Of a DNA stretch of 64,000 bases, positions 19,721 through 28,215 are shown piece by piece; within the stretch, counting starts at the first letter, position 1; every line of letters begins with the position of its first letter. The notes below the pieces were generated by a model that searched no databases, was not told where the DNA came from, and saw nothing but the letters and a program-made list of their open reading frames with translations. A program made the position numbers and the translations under genes. Where the stretch lies: the NCBI GenBank assembly GCA_964457335.1, contig CAYWGD010000026.1, positions 2,534 through 66,533 on the forward strand. Direction: 5' to 3'. This stretch comes from an uncultured Enterobacteriaceae bacterium (lineage in GTDB: Bacteria > Myxococcota_A > UBA796 > SXON01).

Positions 19721-20770
19721 TTGCGCATCGCCATGATCGCCCCGCCGTTCGTCGCGGTGCCGCCGGTCCGGTATGGGGGCACGGAGCTCGTGCTCGCCGC
19801 GCTCGTGGACGGCCTCGTGGCCCGCGGGCACGCGGTCACGCTCTACGCCTCCGGCGACTCGAGCGTGAGCGCCACCGCGCTGCGGCCGTACTTCAGCCGC
19901 GCCGTCTGGCCACCGGACCCGCAGTTCGAGCTCGTCCAGTCCGCGACGGCCGTGTGGGATCTCCTCGACCGCGGGGACGCCGACATCGTGCACGCCCACG
20001 CCGGCACCGCCCTCGCGTTCGCGCCGCTGATCGGCCGGCCGATGATCTACACGATCCACCACGACCGCGAGGAGGGCATCTGCGAGCTCATCCGGGCCGC
20101 CGGGCGCGCGCCGCTCACCTGCGTCGCGATCAGCCACCGCCAGCGGGCGCGGCTCGAAGGGCTCCCCGCGGAGGTCATCCACCACGGGCTCCCGCCGGAC
20201 CGCTACCCGCCGGGGAGCGGAAAGGGGGCGTACGCGGCCTTCCTCGGCCGATTCGCCCGGGAGAAGGGCGTGGCGGAGGCGCTGGACGCCGCGCGCGAGG
20301 CCGGCGTGCCCATCCACCTCGCGGGCCGCCCGCATCCCCCGGACGCCGAGTACTACCGCGAGGAGGTGGCGTCGCGCCTGCACGGCAAGGACGTGCGCTG
20401 GTTCGGCGAGATCGGGCACGAAGGCAAGGTCCGGTTGCTCGGCAACGCCTTCGCCACGCTCTTCCCCATCGGCTGGGAGGAGCCCTTCGGCCTCGTGATG
20501 ATCGAGTCGATGCTCTGCGGAACGCCGGTCATCGCGTACGAGCAGGGGAGCGTCCCCGAGGTGGTGGAGGAGGGCGTCACGGGCTTCGTCGTGCGCGACC
20601 GCCACGAGATGGCCCAGCGCCTCCGCCAGCTCGGCACCGTGTCCTTCGACCGCGCGCGCTGCCGCGCCGCCGCCCTCGCCCGCTTCGGCGTCGAGCGGAT
20701 GGTGAGCGCGTACCTGGGCGTGTACGGGGCCGCGATGGCGCGCCGCGCCCCCCGCGTGGAGGCCCGATGA
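19721..20770 (+). CDS. Glycosyltransferase family 4
   Basis: MRIAMIAPPFVAVPPVRYGGTE; WEEPFGLVMIESMLCGTPVIA (EX7E). Confidence 0.92.
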   Translation: MRIAMIAPPFVAVPPVRYGGTELVLAALVDGLVARGHAVTLYASGDSSVSATALRPYFSRAVWPPDPQFELVQSATAVWDLLDRGDADIVHAHAGTALAFAPLIGRPMIYTIHHDREEGICELIRAAGRAPLTCVAISHRQRARLEGLPAEVIHHGLPPDRYPPGSGKGAYAAFLGRFAREKGVAEALDAAREAGVPIHLAGRPHPPDAEYYREEVASRLHGKDVRWFGEIGHEGKVRLLGNAFATLFPIGWEEPFGLVMIESMLCGTPVIAYEQGSVPEVVEEGVTGFVVRDRHEMAQRLRQLGTVSFDRARCRAAALARFGVERMVSAYLGVYGAAMARRAPRVEAR

Positions 20771-22959
20771 GCGAGGCCGAAGACGAACCGACCCTCGCGC
20801 CCGCCCCTCCGCTCGAGCTGCCGCACGCGCTCGGCGTCTCCCGGCTCGTCCTGTCGCGCGGGAACACGTTCCTCGTGACCGGCGCGGCCGGGAACATCGC
20901 GCCCGCCGGCGCCCGCGAGCTCGGCCTGTTCCATCGCGACACGCGGCACCTCTCCGCGTACGAGCTCGCGCTGCCCGGCCCGCCGCCCACGCTGCTCTCG
21001 TCGGAGACCGAGTCCGCGCTGACCTCGCAGATCGACCTCACCACCACGGACGAGGAGTTCGGCGGGCTCCTGGACGAGCCCATCAACTTCCTGCACGTGC
21101 GGCGCCGCCAGCTGCTCGACGGCGACTTCGTCGACCACATCGCGCTGACGAACCACCTCGGCCGCCCGGTCGAGTTCAGCTTCGAGGTGCACTTCGGGGC
21201 GGACTTCGCCGACATCTTCGAGGTGCGCGGCGCGCGGCGCGCCGGCCGCGGGTGGATCCGCCCCGCGGAGGTCGGGACGGACTCGGTGCGCCTCGGCTAC
21301 CGCGGCCTCGACGGCGACGACTACGTCACCGCGCTGCACTTCACGCCGGCCCCGACCATGCTCCTCGCGGATCGGGCGCGGATCCACGTCTCGCTCGCCC
21401 CGGGCGCCACCTTCAACCAGGAGGTGCTCGTCCGCTGCTGGCGCGGGGCCCGCCCGTCCGACCGGCCGCGCCGCTCGTTCGCCACGCGGCTCTCCGTGGT
21501 GCGCGGCGAGATCTGCCACTTCCTCGGGGACAACACGCGCGTGCGCTGCGACAACGAGCTCGTGCAGCGCGCGCTCGAGCGCTCCATGGCCGACGTGTAC
21601 GCGCTCCGCGTCCAGGAGGCCGATCGCTGGGTGGTGGGCGCCGGCATCCCCTGGTTCGCCGCGCCCTTCGGGCGCGACTCGCTCATCACCTCCGCCCAGG
21701 TGCTCGCCTTCGCGCCGAACCTCGCCGCGGAGACGATGCGCTTCCTCGCCGCCTTCCAAGGCCAGGAGCACGACGCCTTCCGCGAGGAGGAGCCGGGGAA
21801 GATCCTCCACGAGCTGCGGCGCGGCGAGATGGTGCGCGCCGGCGAGATCCCGCACGCGCCCTACTACGGCTCCGTCGACAGCACGCCGCTCTTCGTCGTC
21901 CTCGCCGGCGAGTACATGCGCTGGACGGGGGACATGTCCCTGCTGGACGAGCTCTGGCCCACCATCCGGGCGGCGATCGCCTGGCTCGACGCGAACACGG
22001 CCGAGGGCTCCGACTTCCTGCGCTACGAGTGCAAGAGCCCGCGGGGCCTGCGCAACCAGGGCTGGAAGGACAGCCGCGACGGCGTGCCCCACGTGGACGG
22101 CGCCTCGGCCGAGCCCCCGATCGCGCTCGTCGAGGTGCAGGGCTACGCGGTGGACGCCTGGCGCCACGCGGCCGCCCTCGCCCGGCTCCGCGGCGACGCG
22201 GAGAACGCGCGCATCTGGAGCGAGCGCGCCGCCTCCTTCGGCGTGGCGTTGGAGCGGGCGTTCTGGCTCCCCGAGGAGGACTTCTACGCGCTCGCGCTCG
22301 ACGGGCACGGCCGGCAGGTCCGCACCATCACGTCGAACCCCGGGCACCTCCTCTGGAGCCGCGCCATCGGCGAGGAGCGCGCGCGTCGGGTCGTGGGGAT
22401 GCTCCTGTCCCCCGAGATGTACTCCGGGTGGGCCATCCGCACGCTCAAGCGCGGACAGCGCCCCTACAACCCCATCAGCTACCACAACGGGAGCGTGTGG
22501 CCGCACGACAACGCCATCATCGCGCTCGGGATGGCGCGGTACGGCCTCGGCCGCACGGTCAACAAGGTGCTCGGCGGGCTCCTCGCCGCCACCGAGCACT
22601 TCGCCCACCAGCGCCTCCCGGAGCTCTTCTGCGGGATGGAGCGCGGCGAGCGCGAGTTCCTCGTGCACTACCCGGTGTCGTGCAGCCCCCAGGCCTGGGC
22701 GGCGGGCGCGCTGCTCATGGGCGTCCAGGCCGCGCTCGGCCTCGACCCCTGCGCGCTGGAGGGCCGCCTGCAGATCCGCAACCCCCGCCTCCCGCCGGGG
22801 GTGGGGTCGCTCGAGCTGCGGGACATGCGCGTCGGCGCCGCGCGGGTGGACCTGCGCTTCGTGCGCGTCGGGACCCACACCCACGCCGAGGTGCTCGACA
22901 TCCGCGAGGGGCCGATCCGGGTGGAGATCGAGGTCAGCCCGGCGGGGCGCGCGGACTAG
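20767..22959 (+). CDS. Amylo-alpha-1,6-glucosidase / glycogen-debranching-type glycoside hydrolase
   Basis: ATGA overlap with GT4. AGIPWFAAPFGRDS, EEPGKILHELR, YYGSVDSTPLF, NQGWKDS, YHNGSVWPHDN, RLPELFCG, CSPQAWA. Confidence 0.9.
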   Translation: MSEAEDEPTLAPAPPLELPHALGVSRLVLSRGNTFLVTGAAGNIAPAGARELGLFHRDTRHLSAYELALPGPPPTLLSSETESALTSQIDLTTTDEEFGGLLDEPINFLHVRRRQLLDGDFVDHIALTNHLGRPVEFSFEVHFGADFADIFEVRGARRAGRGWIRPAEVGTDSVRLGYRGLDGDDYVTALHFTPAPTMLLADRARIHVSLAPGATFNQEVLVRCWRGARPSDRPRRSFATRLSVVRGEICHFLGDNTRVRCDNELVQRALERSMADVYALRVQEADRWVVGAGIPWFAAPFGRDSLITSAQVLAFAPNLAAETMRFLAAFQGQEHDAFREEEPGKILHELRRGEMVRAGEIPHAPYYGSVDSTPLFVVLAGEYMRWTGDMSLLDELWPTIRAAIAWLDANTAEGSDFLRYECKSPRGLRNQGWKDSRDGVPHVDGASAEPPIALVEVQGYAVDAWRHAAALARLRGDAENARIWSERAASFGVALERAFWLPEEDFYALALDGHGRQVRTITSNPGHLLWSRAIGEERARRVVGMLLSPEMYSGWAIRTLKRGQRPYNPISYHNGSVWPHDNAIIALGMARYGLGRTVNKVLGGLLAATEHFAHQRLPELFCGMERGEREFLVHYPVSCSPQAWAAGALLMGVQAALGLDPCALEGRLQIRNPRLPPGVGSLELRDMRVGAARVDLRFVRVGTHTHAEVLDIREGPIRVEIEVSPAGRAD

Positions 22960-23152
22960 GAACGGGTGCCGATCCGCGGCGGGATCGGCGAGGTCGTCCT
23001 CGGCGCTCGGGCAGCCGGCCCGCCCGAAGACGGGCGGCCGCCGCGGCGACGTCGGCGCGGGGAGCGATCGCAGGCGGCTCCGTGCCCGGTCGCGCTACGA
23101 TGGGCGGAGGAGGTCCTCCCTGCTCGAGACCGGCGAGGAGCGTCGCGACCGG

Positions 23153-23623
23153 ATGAACCGCGAGGAGCGCGAGGAGCACCGCCGCTGGCGGCGGCGCCGG
23201 CGCCACTCCGGCACCCACGCGCTCGGGGGGCTGATCGCGGGGCTCTTCCTGACCGGCGCGGGCGTCGGGCTCTACGCCGCGGCGCAGGGGGTCGAGCTCC
23301 GGGCGCAGCGGGGCGAGCTCGCGGACAGCCTCGGCTCGCTCGTCACCGCGCTCCGCTCCTACGAGGCGGCCAACGGGCGCTACATCTCGGTCGGCAGCCC
23401 CGTCGAGGCCTACGACGCGCTCGACGCGGGCCGGGCCTACGCCCCCGCCGACGTGCTCGGCTGGCGCGCGGACGGCGTGCGCGGCGTGTACTGGGTGCTC
23501 GGCCGGGAGAACAGCTTCGAGGCCCACGGCATGCTCGACGCCGACGGCGACGGCCTGCCCGCGCACTGGATGGCGACCGAGTCCCGGCCGCCCTACCCGA
23601 TCACGGACGACGGGGTGTACTGA
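23153..23623 (+). CDS. Type IV pilin-like protein with degenerate N-terminal motif
   Basis: Basic leader ending in Gly, hydrophobic segment, then RAQRGE...L..L.TA..SY.....RY in pilin register; C-terminal FEAHGMLDADGDG. Confidence 0.55.
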   Translation: MNREEREEHRRWRRRRRHSGTHALGGLIAGLFLTGAGVGLYAAAQGVELRAQRGELADSLGSLVTALRSYEAANGRYISVGSPVEAYDALDAGRAYAPADVLGWRADGVRGVYWVLGRENSFEAHGMLDADGDGLPAHWMATESRPPYPITDDGVY

Positions 23624-25605
23624 TGGCTCGTCTCCTCGCGCGCGCCGGCGCGGTCCCCCTCGCGCTGCTCGCCGCCTGCATCGACTACAACCCGACCGGA
23701 AAGCCGGAGGACTCGGTGCCGTGGGGCATCGACGACACGGAGCCCCCCGACAGCGGCCCGCCGGACACGTCCGACGACACCGCGCCGCCGCCCGAGGAGT
23801 CGTGCGACGGCGTCGACAACGACGGCGACGGCGAGGTCGACGAGGGCTTCCCCGACGCGGACGCCGACGCGGTTGCGGACTGTGTGGACACCGAGTGTGT
23901 CGTCGCGCTCGACGGGGACGAGGCGGTGTCGGACACGTACACGTGCACGAACGTCGTGGCGCCGCCCGCCGACCCCTGGAACGTGGAGCTGATGTGGGAG
24001 GCGGACCCGATGGTGACGTGCCGGTTCGCCGCGGTCGCGGACCTCGACGCCGACGGCACCGTCGAGATCGTCTGCACCGGGGCGTACGAGGGGGACCGGG
24101 CGTGGGTGCTGGACGGGGCCACCGGCGCGATCGAGGCGCGCTGGGACGTCTTCCGCGAGGAGTCGCACGTCGCGATCGCCGACCTGGACCGGGACGGCGA
24201 CCTGGAGGTCGTCGGCTTCGACCCGGACTTCTACCCGGTGGTGGTCGACGCGGCGGGCGCGCCCGTCTGGCGCGGGGCCATGGCGCTCGCGCAGGGGACC
24301 TACTCCTCGCACCTGGAGATCCGCGATCTCGGCGCCGACGGCGAGCCGGAGGTGGTCACGCACAAGGGTGCCGTCCGCGGGACCGACGGCGCCGTGGTGG
24401 GCCGCTTCGACGCCTCGGGCGAGGCGCAGCCCCTCGAGTTCCAGATCGCGGCGGAGGACCTCGATCTCGACGGTGATCTCGAGCTCGCCTACCAGTGGTC
24501 CGCCTGGGACACGGCCAGCGGGCTCCTCTGGCAGGTGCGGCCCTCGGGGTCGGACCACGGCTTCGCGATCCCCCTGCCCGTGCAGGCCGACGCGGACGAC
24601 GAGGCCGAGCTCTTCTGGACCACGATGGACCACTTCCAGCTCGCCGAGGCGGACGGCACGGTCGTCGACGGGCGCGCCTACTCCGGCACGGACGCCACGA
24701 CGGTGTCGGTCCCGTGCGCGGGCGACATCGACGGGGACGGCGAGATGGAGGTGGTCAGCGTCGGCTCGAACGCCTTCCACGCCTGGAGCGCCCTCGGCGA
24801 GCTGGAGTGGACGGTCCCGATGCTCGACGAGACGCCGAACTGGGGCGGCTGCACCACCTTCGACTTCGATCTCGACGGCGCGAAGGAGGTCGTCGCGCTC
24901 GACCAGGACGCGGTCTACGTGCTCGACGGCCGCACCGGCGCCACGCTCGTCCGCGCGGACGACGGCTTCGACTCCGCGACCATGGGGGACCAGCCGCTCG
25001 TCGTCGACCTCGACGGGGACGGCTCGGTGGAGATCCTGGTCACGAGCCCGTCGACCCTCTACGACACAGCGCTCCACGCCTGGCGCAACGTGAACCGCGA
25101 CTGGCCGCCCGGCACGCAGATGTGGCCGTCGGCCACGTGGTCCGGCACGAGCCTGCTGCCCGACGGGCGCGTGCCGCGCACGCCGCATGCGCCGTGGCTG
25201 ACCACGCAGGTCTGGCGCGGCCAGCCCGAGGCGCCGGTGTTCGGCGCGGACCTGCGGCCCGTGGTGGGGGACACCTGCGTGGCGTCCTGCGCGGACGACG
25301 GCGGCGAGGTGCGCGTGGAGGTGCGCCTGGAGAACCTCGGCCCCGACGAGGCCGAGGCGGGCGCGCCGCTCGCGGTGTACGGGCTCGACACCGGCGGCGG
25401 GCGCGTGCTCCTGTCGGTCCTGACGCTCCCCGACTGGCTCGACGACGGGCGCGCCGCGGCCTCCTGGGAGGTGGTCACGACCACGGAGCAGGCGAAGCGC
25501 GGCCTCGTCTTCGTGGCCGGGGACGACGGCACCGGCTCGTTGGTGTCCGACGACTGCGAGACGGGCAACAACGAGCTCACGTGGGTGCTCACGGCCTGTC
25601 CGTAG
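23623..25605 (+). CDS. Lipoprotein with one MopE repeat, FG-GAP/VCBS repeats and a C-terminal CARDB-like domain
   Basis: TGATG overlap with the upstream gene; LALLAAC lipobox; ESCDGVDNDGDG; repeated DLDxDGxxEIV; C-terminal V.LENLGP...E...GNNEL. Confidence 0.8.
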   Translation: MARLLARAGAVPLALLAACIDYNPTGKPEDSVPWGIDDTEPPDSGPPDTSDDTAPPPEESCDGVDNDGDGEVDEGFPDADADAVADCVDTECVVALDGDEAVSDTYTCTNVVAPPADPWNVELMWEADPMVTCRFAAVADLDADGTVEIVCTGAYEGDRAWVLDGATGAIEARWDVFREESHVAIADLDRDGDLEVVGFDPDFYPVVVDAAGAPVWRGAMALAQGTYSSHLEIRDLGADGEPEVVTHKGAVRGTDGAVVGRFDASGEAQPLEFQIAAEDLDLDGDLELAYQWSAWDTASGLLWQVRPSGSDHGFAIPLPVQADADDEAELFWTTMDHFQLAEADGTVVDGRAYSGTDATTVSVPCAGDIDGDGEMEVVSVGSNAFHAWSALGELEWTVPMLDETPNWGGCTTFDFDLDGAKEVVALDQDAVYVLDGRTGATLVRADDGFDSATMGDQPLVVDLDGDGSVEILVTSPSTLYDTALHAWRNVNRDWPPGTQMWPSATWSGTSLLPDGRVPRTPHAPWLTTQVWRGQPEAPVFGADLRPVVGDTCVASCADDGGEVRVEVRLENLGPDEAEAGAPLAVYGLDTGGGRVLLSVLTLPDWLDDGRAAASWEVVTTTEQAKRGLVFVAGDDGTGSLVSDDCETGNNELTWVLTACP

Positions 25606-25708
25606 GCCTCACCGTCGGACGGGTCGAACCACCTTCGCGGAGCCGTCGGCACCCGCGCCTGCTCCACGAGCGGGTCGCCTGATACGATGCGGCGGCTTGG
25701 AGGCGAGG

Positions 25709-27223
25709 ATGCACCTTGATGAGCGGCGGCTGCGCGGCCTGCTCCGGACGGCGATACGCGGCGACGAGGCCGAGTGGCTGAGCCTGGCGGCCTGGTGCTA
25801 CGCGACCGCGTGGGTGGGCCGGATGTTCGGCCCCGTGCCGCTGCGCGTCCCGTTGCCCGAGCCGGACCCCGACGACGAGCCGCGGGGCGAGACCGCCGTG
25901 GAGATCTTCGAGGAGCTCGTCGCGCGTCCCCTCGACACGGAGGTCGCGCGGCACGTCGCGTGTCTGCAGGTGCTCCGCGCCGTCGATGCCCAGCTCGCGC
26001 GCGTGGCGCCCGGCTACCGGCAGCGCGTGCCGTTGCCGCCCGAGGGTGGGCACTCCGGCACCGTCGAGATCCGCAAGGCGCACTGGTCCACGATGCGGGC
26101 GCTCCGGGAGGAGTACGCGCCGCGCGGCCACGGCCGCATGCGGTACGACACGCTCCCCGGGGACGTGCTCCGCCACCTCCGCTTCCACTGGGAGGAGGCG
26201 CCCGAGCGGGAGCTCGTGCTCCACGATCACGAGCGGGACGACGACGACGCGCTCCTCCGGCTCGAGCCGGTCGTCACCCAGGTGGACGCCGCGGCGTATC
26301 GCGTCGCGCTCTGCCCGCTGCTCGGGGCGGCGCCCCGCTTCGTCACCCGCCAGACCGCGTCCGACGGACTGCACGACCACTTCCGGGCCCTCGACCACGA
26401 CCCCCTGCGCCAGGGCGCGGTCGACGCGCTGCTGGCGGAGGCCGCGAAGACCGGCGTGGGGGTGGTCGTCCTGCCGGAGCTCGGCGTGCGGCCGAGCGAT
26501 GGCGATCTGCGGCGGTGGCGGGGGAAGGTGCGGCTCCTGGTCGCCGGGAGCTGGCACGTCGGGGGGGACGAGGCCCCGGCGAACCGGGCCCCGGTCGTGG
26601 GGCGCCGCATCCTGTGGCGACACGACAAGAGCGGGGAGTTCCGCCTCCAGAAGAAGTACGTCCGCCGCCCGCTCTTTCCCGACGCCCCCGACGTGTCGCT
26701 GCTCGACGAGGAGGTGGAGGAGCGCATCCGCCGCGGGCGGCAGCTCCGCACGCTCGACTCCGCGGTGTGGGGCCGTTTCGGGATCGCGATCTGCGCCGAC
26801 GTGCTCTCGCCGAACGGCGCACGCGCGTGCCTGCACGACGCGCAACGCAGGGTGGACACGCTGTTCGTGCCGTCGCTGTCCCCCGACACGGACGGCTTCG
26901 TGAGCTTCGCCCAGGAAGCGGCCGGCGTGGGGCTCTCGCTCCTCTACGTCAACAACGGCGTGGTGCTCGAAGGCGCCGCCGCGCCCGTCGTGCTCGCGTT
27001 TGCCTCGTTGGCGTTCGGCGACAGCGCCGACCCGCCGCTCGTCCGGTGGTCGGCGGTGGGGGGAGCGCCTCGGGACCACGTGGAGGCCTGGAACTGGAAG
27101 GCGAAGGTGTGGGAGCGGATCGACCGGTCGGAGGCCTATCGACTGGACCCGTCGCTCGGGCTCGTGGTGGACCTCACACCCATCCGCCGAAAGCGCTTGC
27201 CTTCAGAAGCGAAGGGAAGATAA
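25709..27223 (+). CDS. Divergent carbon-nitrogen hydrolase (nitrilase-fold) protein with unknown N-terminal domain
   Basis: Catalytic-type motifs VVVLPEL (Glu), LVAGS, WRHDK (Lys) and GIAICADVL (Cys). SD-like GGAGG upstream of ATG 25709. Confidence 0.7.
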   Translation: MHLDERRLRGLLRTAIRGDEAEWLSLAAWCYATAWVGRMFGPVPLRVPLPEPDPDDEPRGETAVEIFEELVARPLDTEVARHVACLQVLRAVDAQLARVAPGYRQRVPLPPEGGHSGTVEIRKAHWSTMRALREEYAPRGHGRMRYDTLPGDVLRHLRFHWEEAPERELVLHDHERDDDDALLRLEPVVTQVDAAAYRVALCPLLGAAPRFVTRQTASDGLHDHFRALDHDPLRQGAVDALLAEAAKTGVGVVVLPELGVRPSDGDLRRWRGKVRLLVAGSWHVGGDEAPANRAPVVGRRILWRHDKSGEFRLQKKYVRRPLFPDAPDVSLLDEEVEERIRRGRQLRTLDSAVWGRFGIAICADVLSPNGARACLHDAQRRVDTLFVPSLSPDTDGFVSFAQEAAGVGLSLLYVNNGVVLEGAAAPVVLAFASLAFGDSADPPLVRWSAVGGAPRDHVEAWNWKAKVWERIDRSEAYRLDPSLGLVVDLTPIRRKRLPSEAKGR

Positions 27224-27246
27224 ATATCTCGACCGACGGAGGAGAC

Positions 27247-28215
27247 ATGTCCGCATCGAGAAAGCCAAAGATAGCAGGCGAGGCAGGGAACCAGCCGTCT
27301 CGCGCGCCGTCGAGCAATCTCGCGGTCCTTACACGGCAGCTTCACGAAGCGCTCCCGGGCACCGGCCACGAGGCTGGGCTGGACGGGTGGCGACGGTACC
27401 GGGACGCGCTCGTCGCCGAGGTGACGCGCGCCGTGGCGCTCGGCAAGCTGGACGTCCCGGCCGAGCAGCACCGGCGCATGAGCGTGTTCCTGGAGTACGT
27501 CGAGGACCACCTGGACGGGGAGGGCGACGCGCGCGCGGCGGCGGTGGCCCTGCGGGAGCTGATCGTCATCCTGGAGGTGCAGGCGCACACGCTCGAGATC
27601 CCTCGGATGGAGCAGATGCTGGAGCACCCCACCGCCTTGCAGCGCCGCGTGCTCGCCGCGTTGTGCAAGGCCGACGCGCCGCTCGACGCGACACGGGTCT
27701 GCGCCCGCCTTCCGCCCGTCGACGCGCCCGCCACCCGAGCGGCGGGGCGTCCCCAGCGAGAGGAGGGGCCGACGCGGGAGCGCGTGTACCAGGTGCTCGA
27801 GGACCTGCGGAAGCTGGGCCTCGTCGTCCGGAGTGACTTCCCGGGCCCGAACGGCCGCCTCACGGCGCACTACCGGCTCTGGGGCACCGGGCGGGAGCTC
27901 TGCGAGCGGGTGGGGATCACCCCCGAAGTAGCTCAATCGGACGAGCGGGGCCCCGTCGGCCTCGTGATCCAGCTGGCGCCCGCCGAGCTCACGGCCTTGG
28001 CGCTCGACCCAGCGACGCCCGGGCGTGACCTCCTGGTGAAACAGGTCCTCTCCATCCTGCGGGTCGAGACCGCCCTGCGCGTCGCCTTCCGCGTCTGCGT
28101 CGCGCAATTCGACGCGGGGGAGCTTCGCGCGGTGGACGGCCTCGGGCGGCAGGTCGAGGCGCACGTGCGGCGGTTGGCAACGCCACCCCTCCAAGAACCC
28201 TCGCGGGGTGCGTGA
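27247..28215 (+). CDS. Protein with central winged helix-turn-helix domain
   Basis: GGAGGA SD before ATG 27247. LQRRVLAALCKA...TRERVYQVLEDLRKLGLVVRS...HYRLWGTG matches a MarR-like wHTH pattern. Confidence 0.6.
   Translation: MSASRKPKIAGEAGNQPSRAPSSNLAVLTRQLHEALPGTGHEAGLDGWRRYRDALVAEVTRAVALGKLDVPAEQHRRMSVFLEYVEDHLDGEGDARAAAVALRELIVILEVQAHTLEIPRMEQMLEHPTALQRRVLAALCKADAPLDATRVCARLPPVDAPATRAAGRPQREEGPTRERVYQVLEDLRKLGLVVRSDFPGPNGRLTAHYRLWGTGRELCERVGITPEVAQSDERGPVGLVIQLAPAELTALALDPATPGRDLLVKQVLSILRVETALRVAFRVCVAQFDAGELRAVDGLGRQVEAHVRRLATPPLQEPSRGA

Noticed and set aside
22969-23030. GC hairpins after the glucosidase gene as intrinsic terminators
   Set aside because: No U-tract, and such stems are common at this GC content.
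25709-27223. DRT1-type RT-nitrilase defence system
   Set aside because: No reverse transcriptase motifs (YADD-like in an RT context) were seen in this or neighbouring genes; only the nitrilase analogy is retained.
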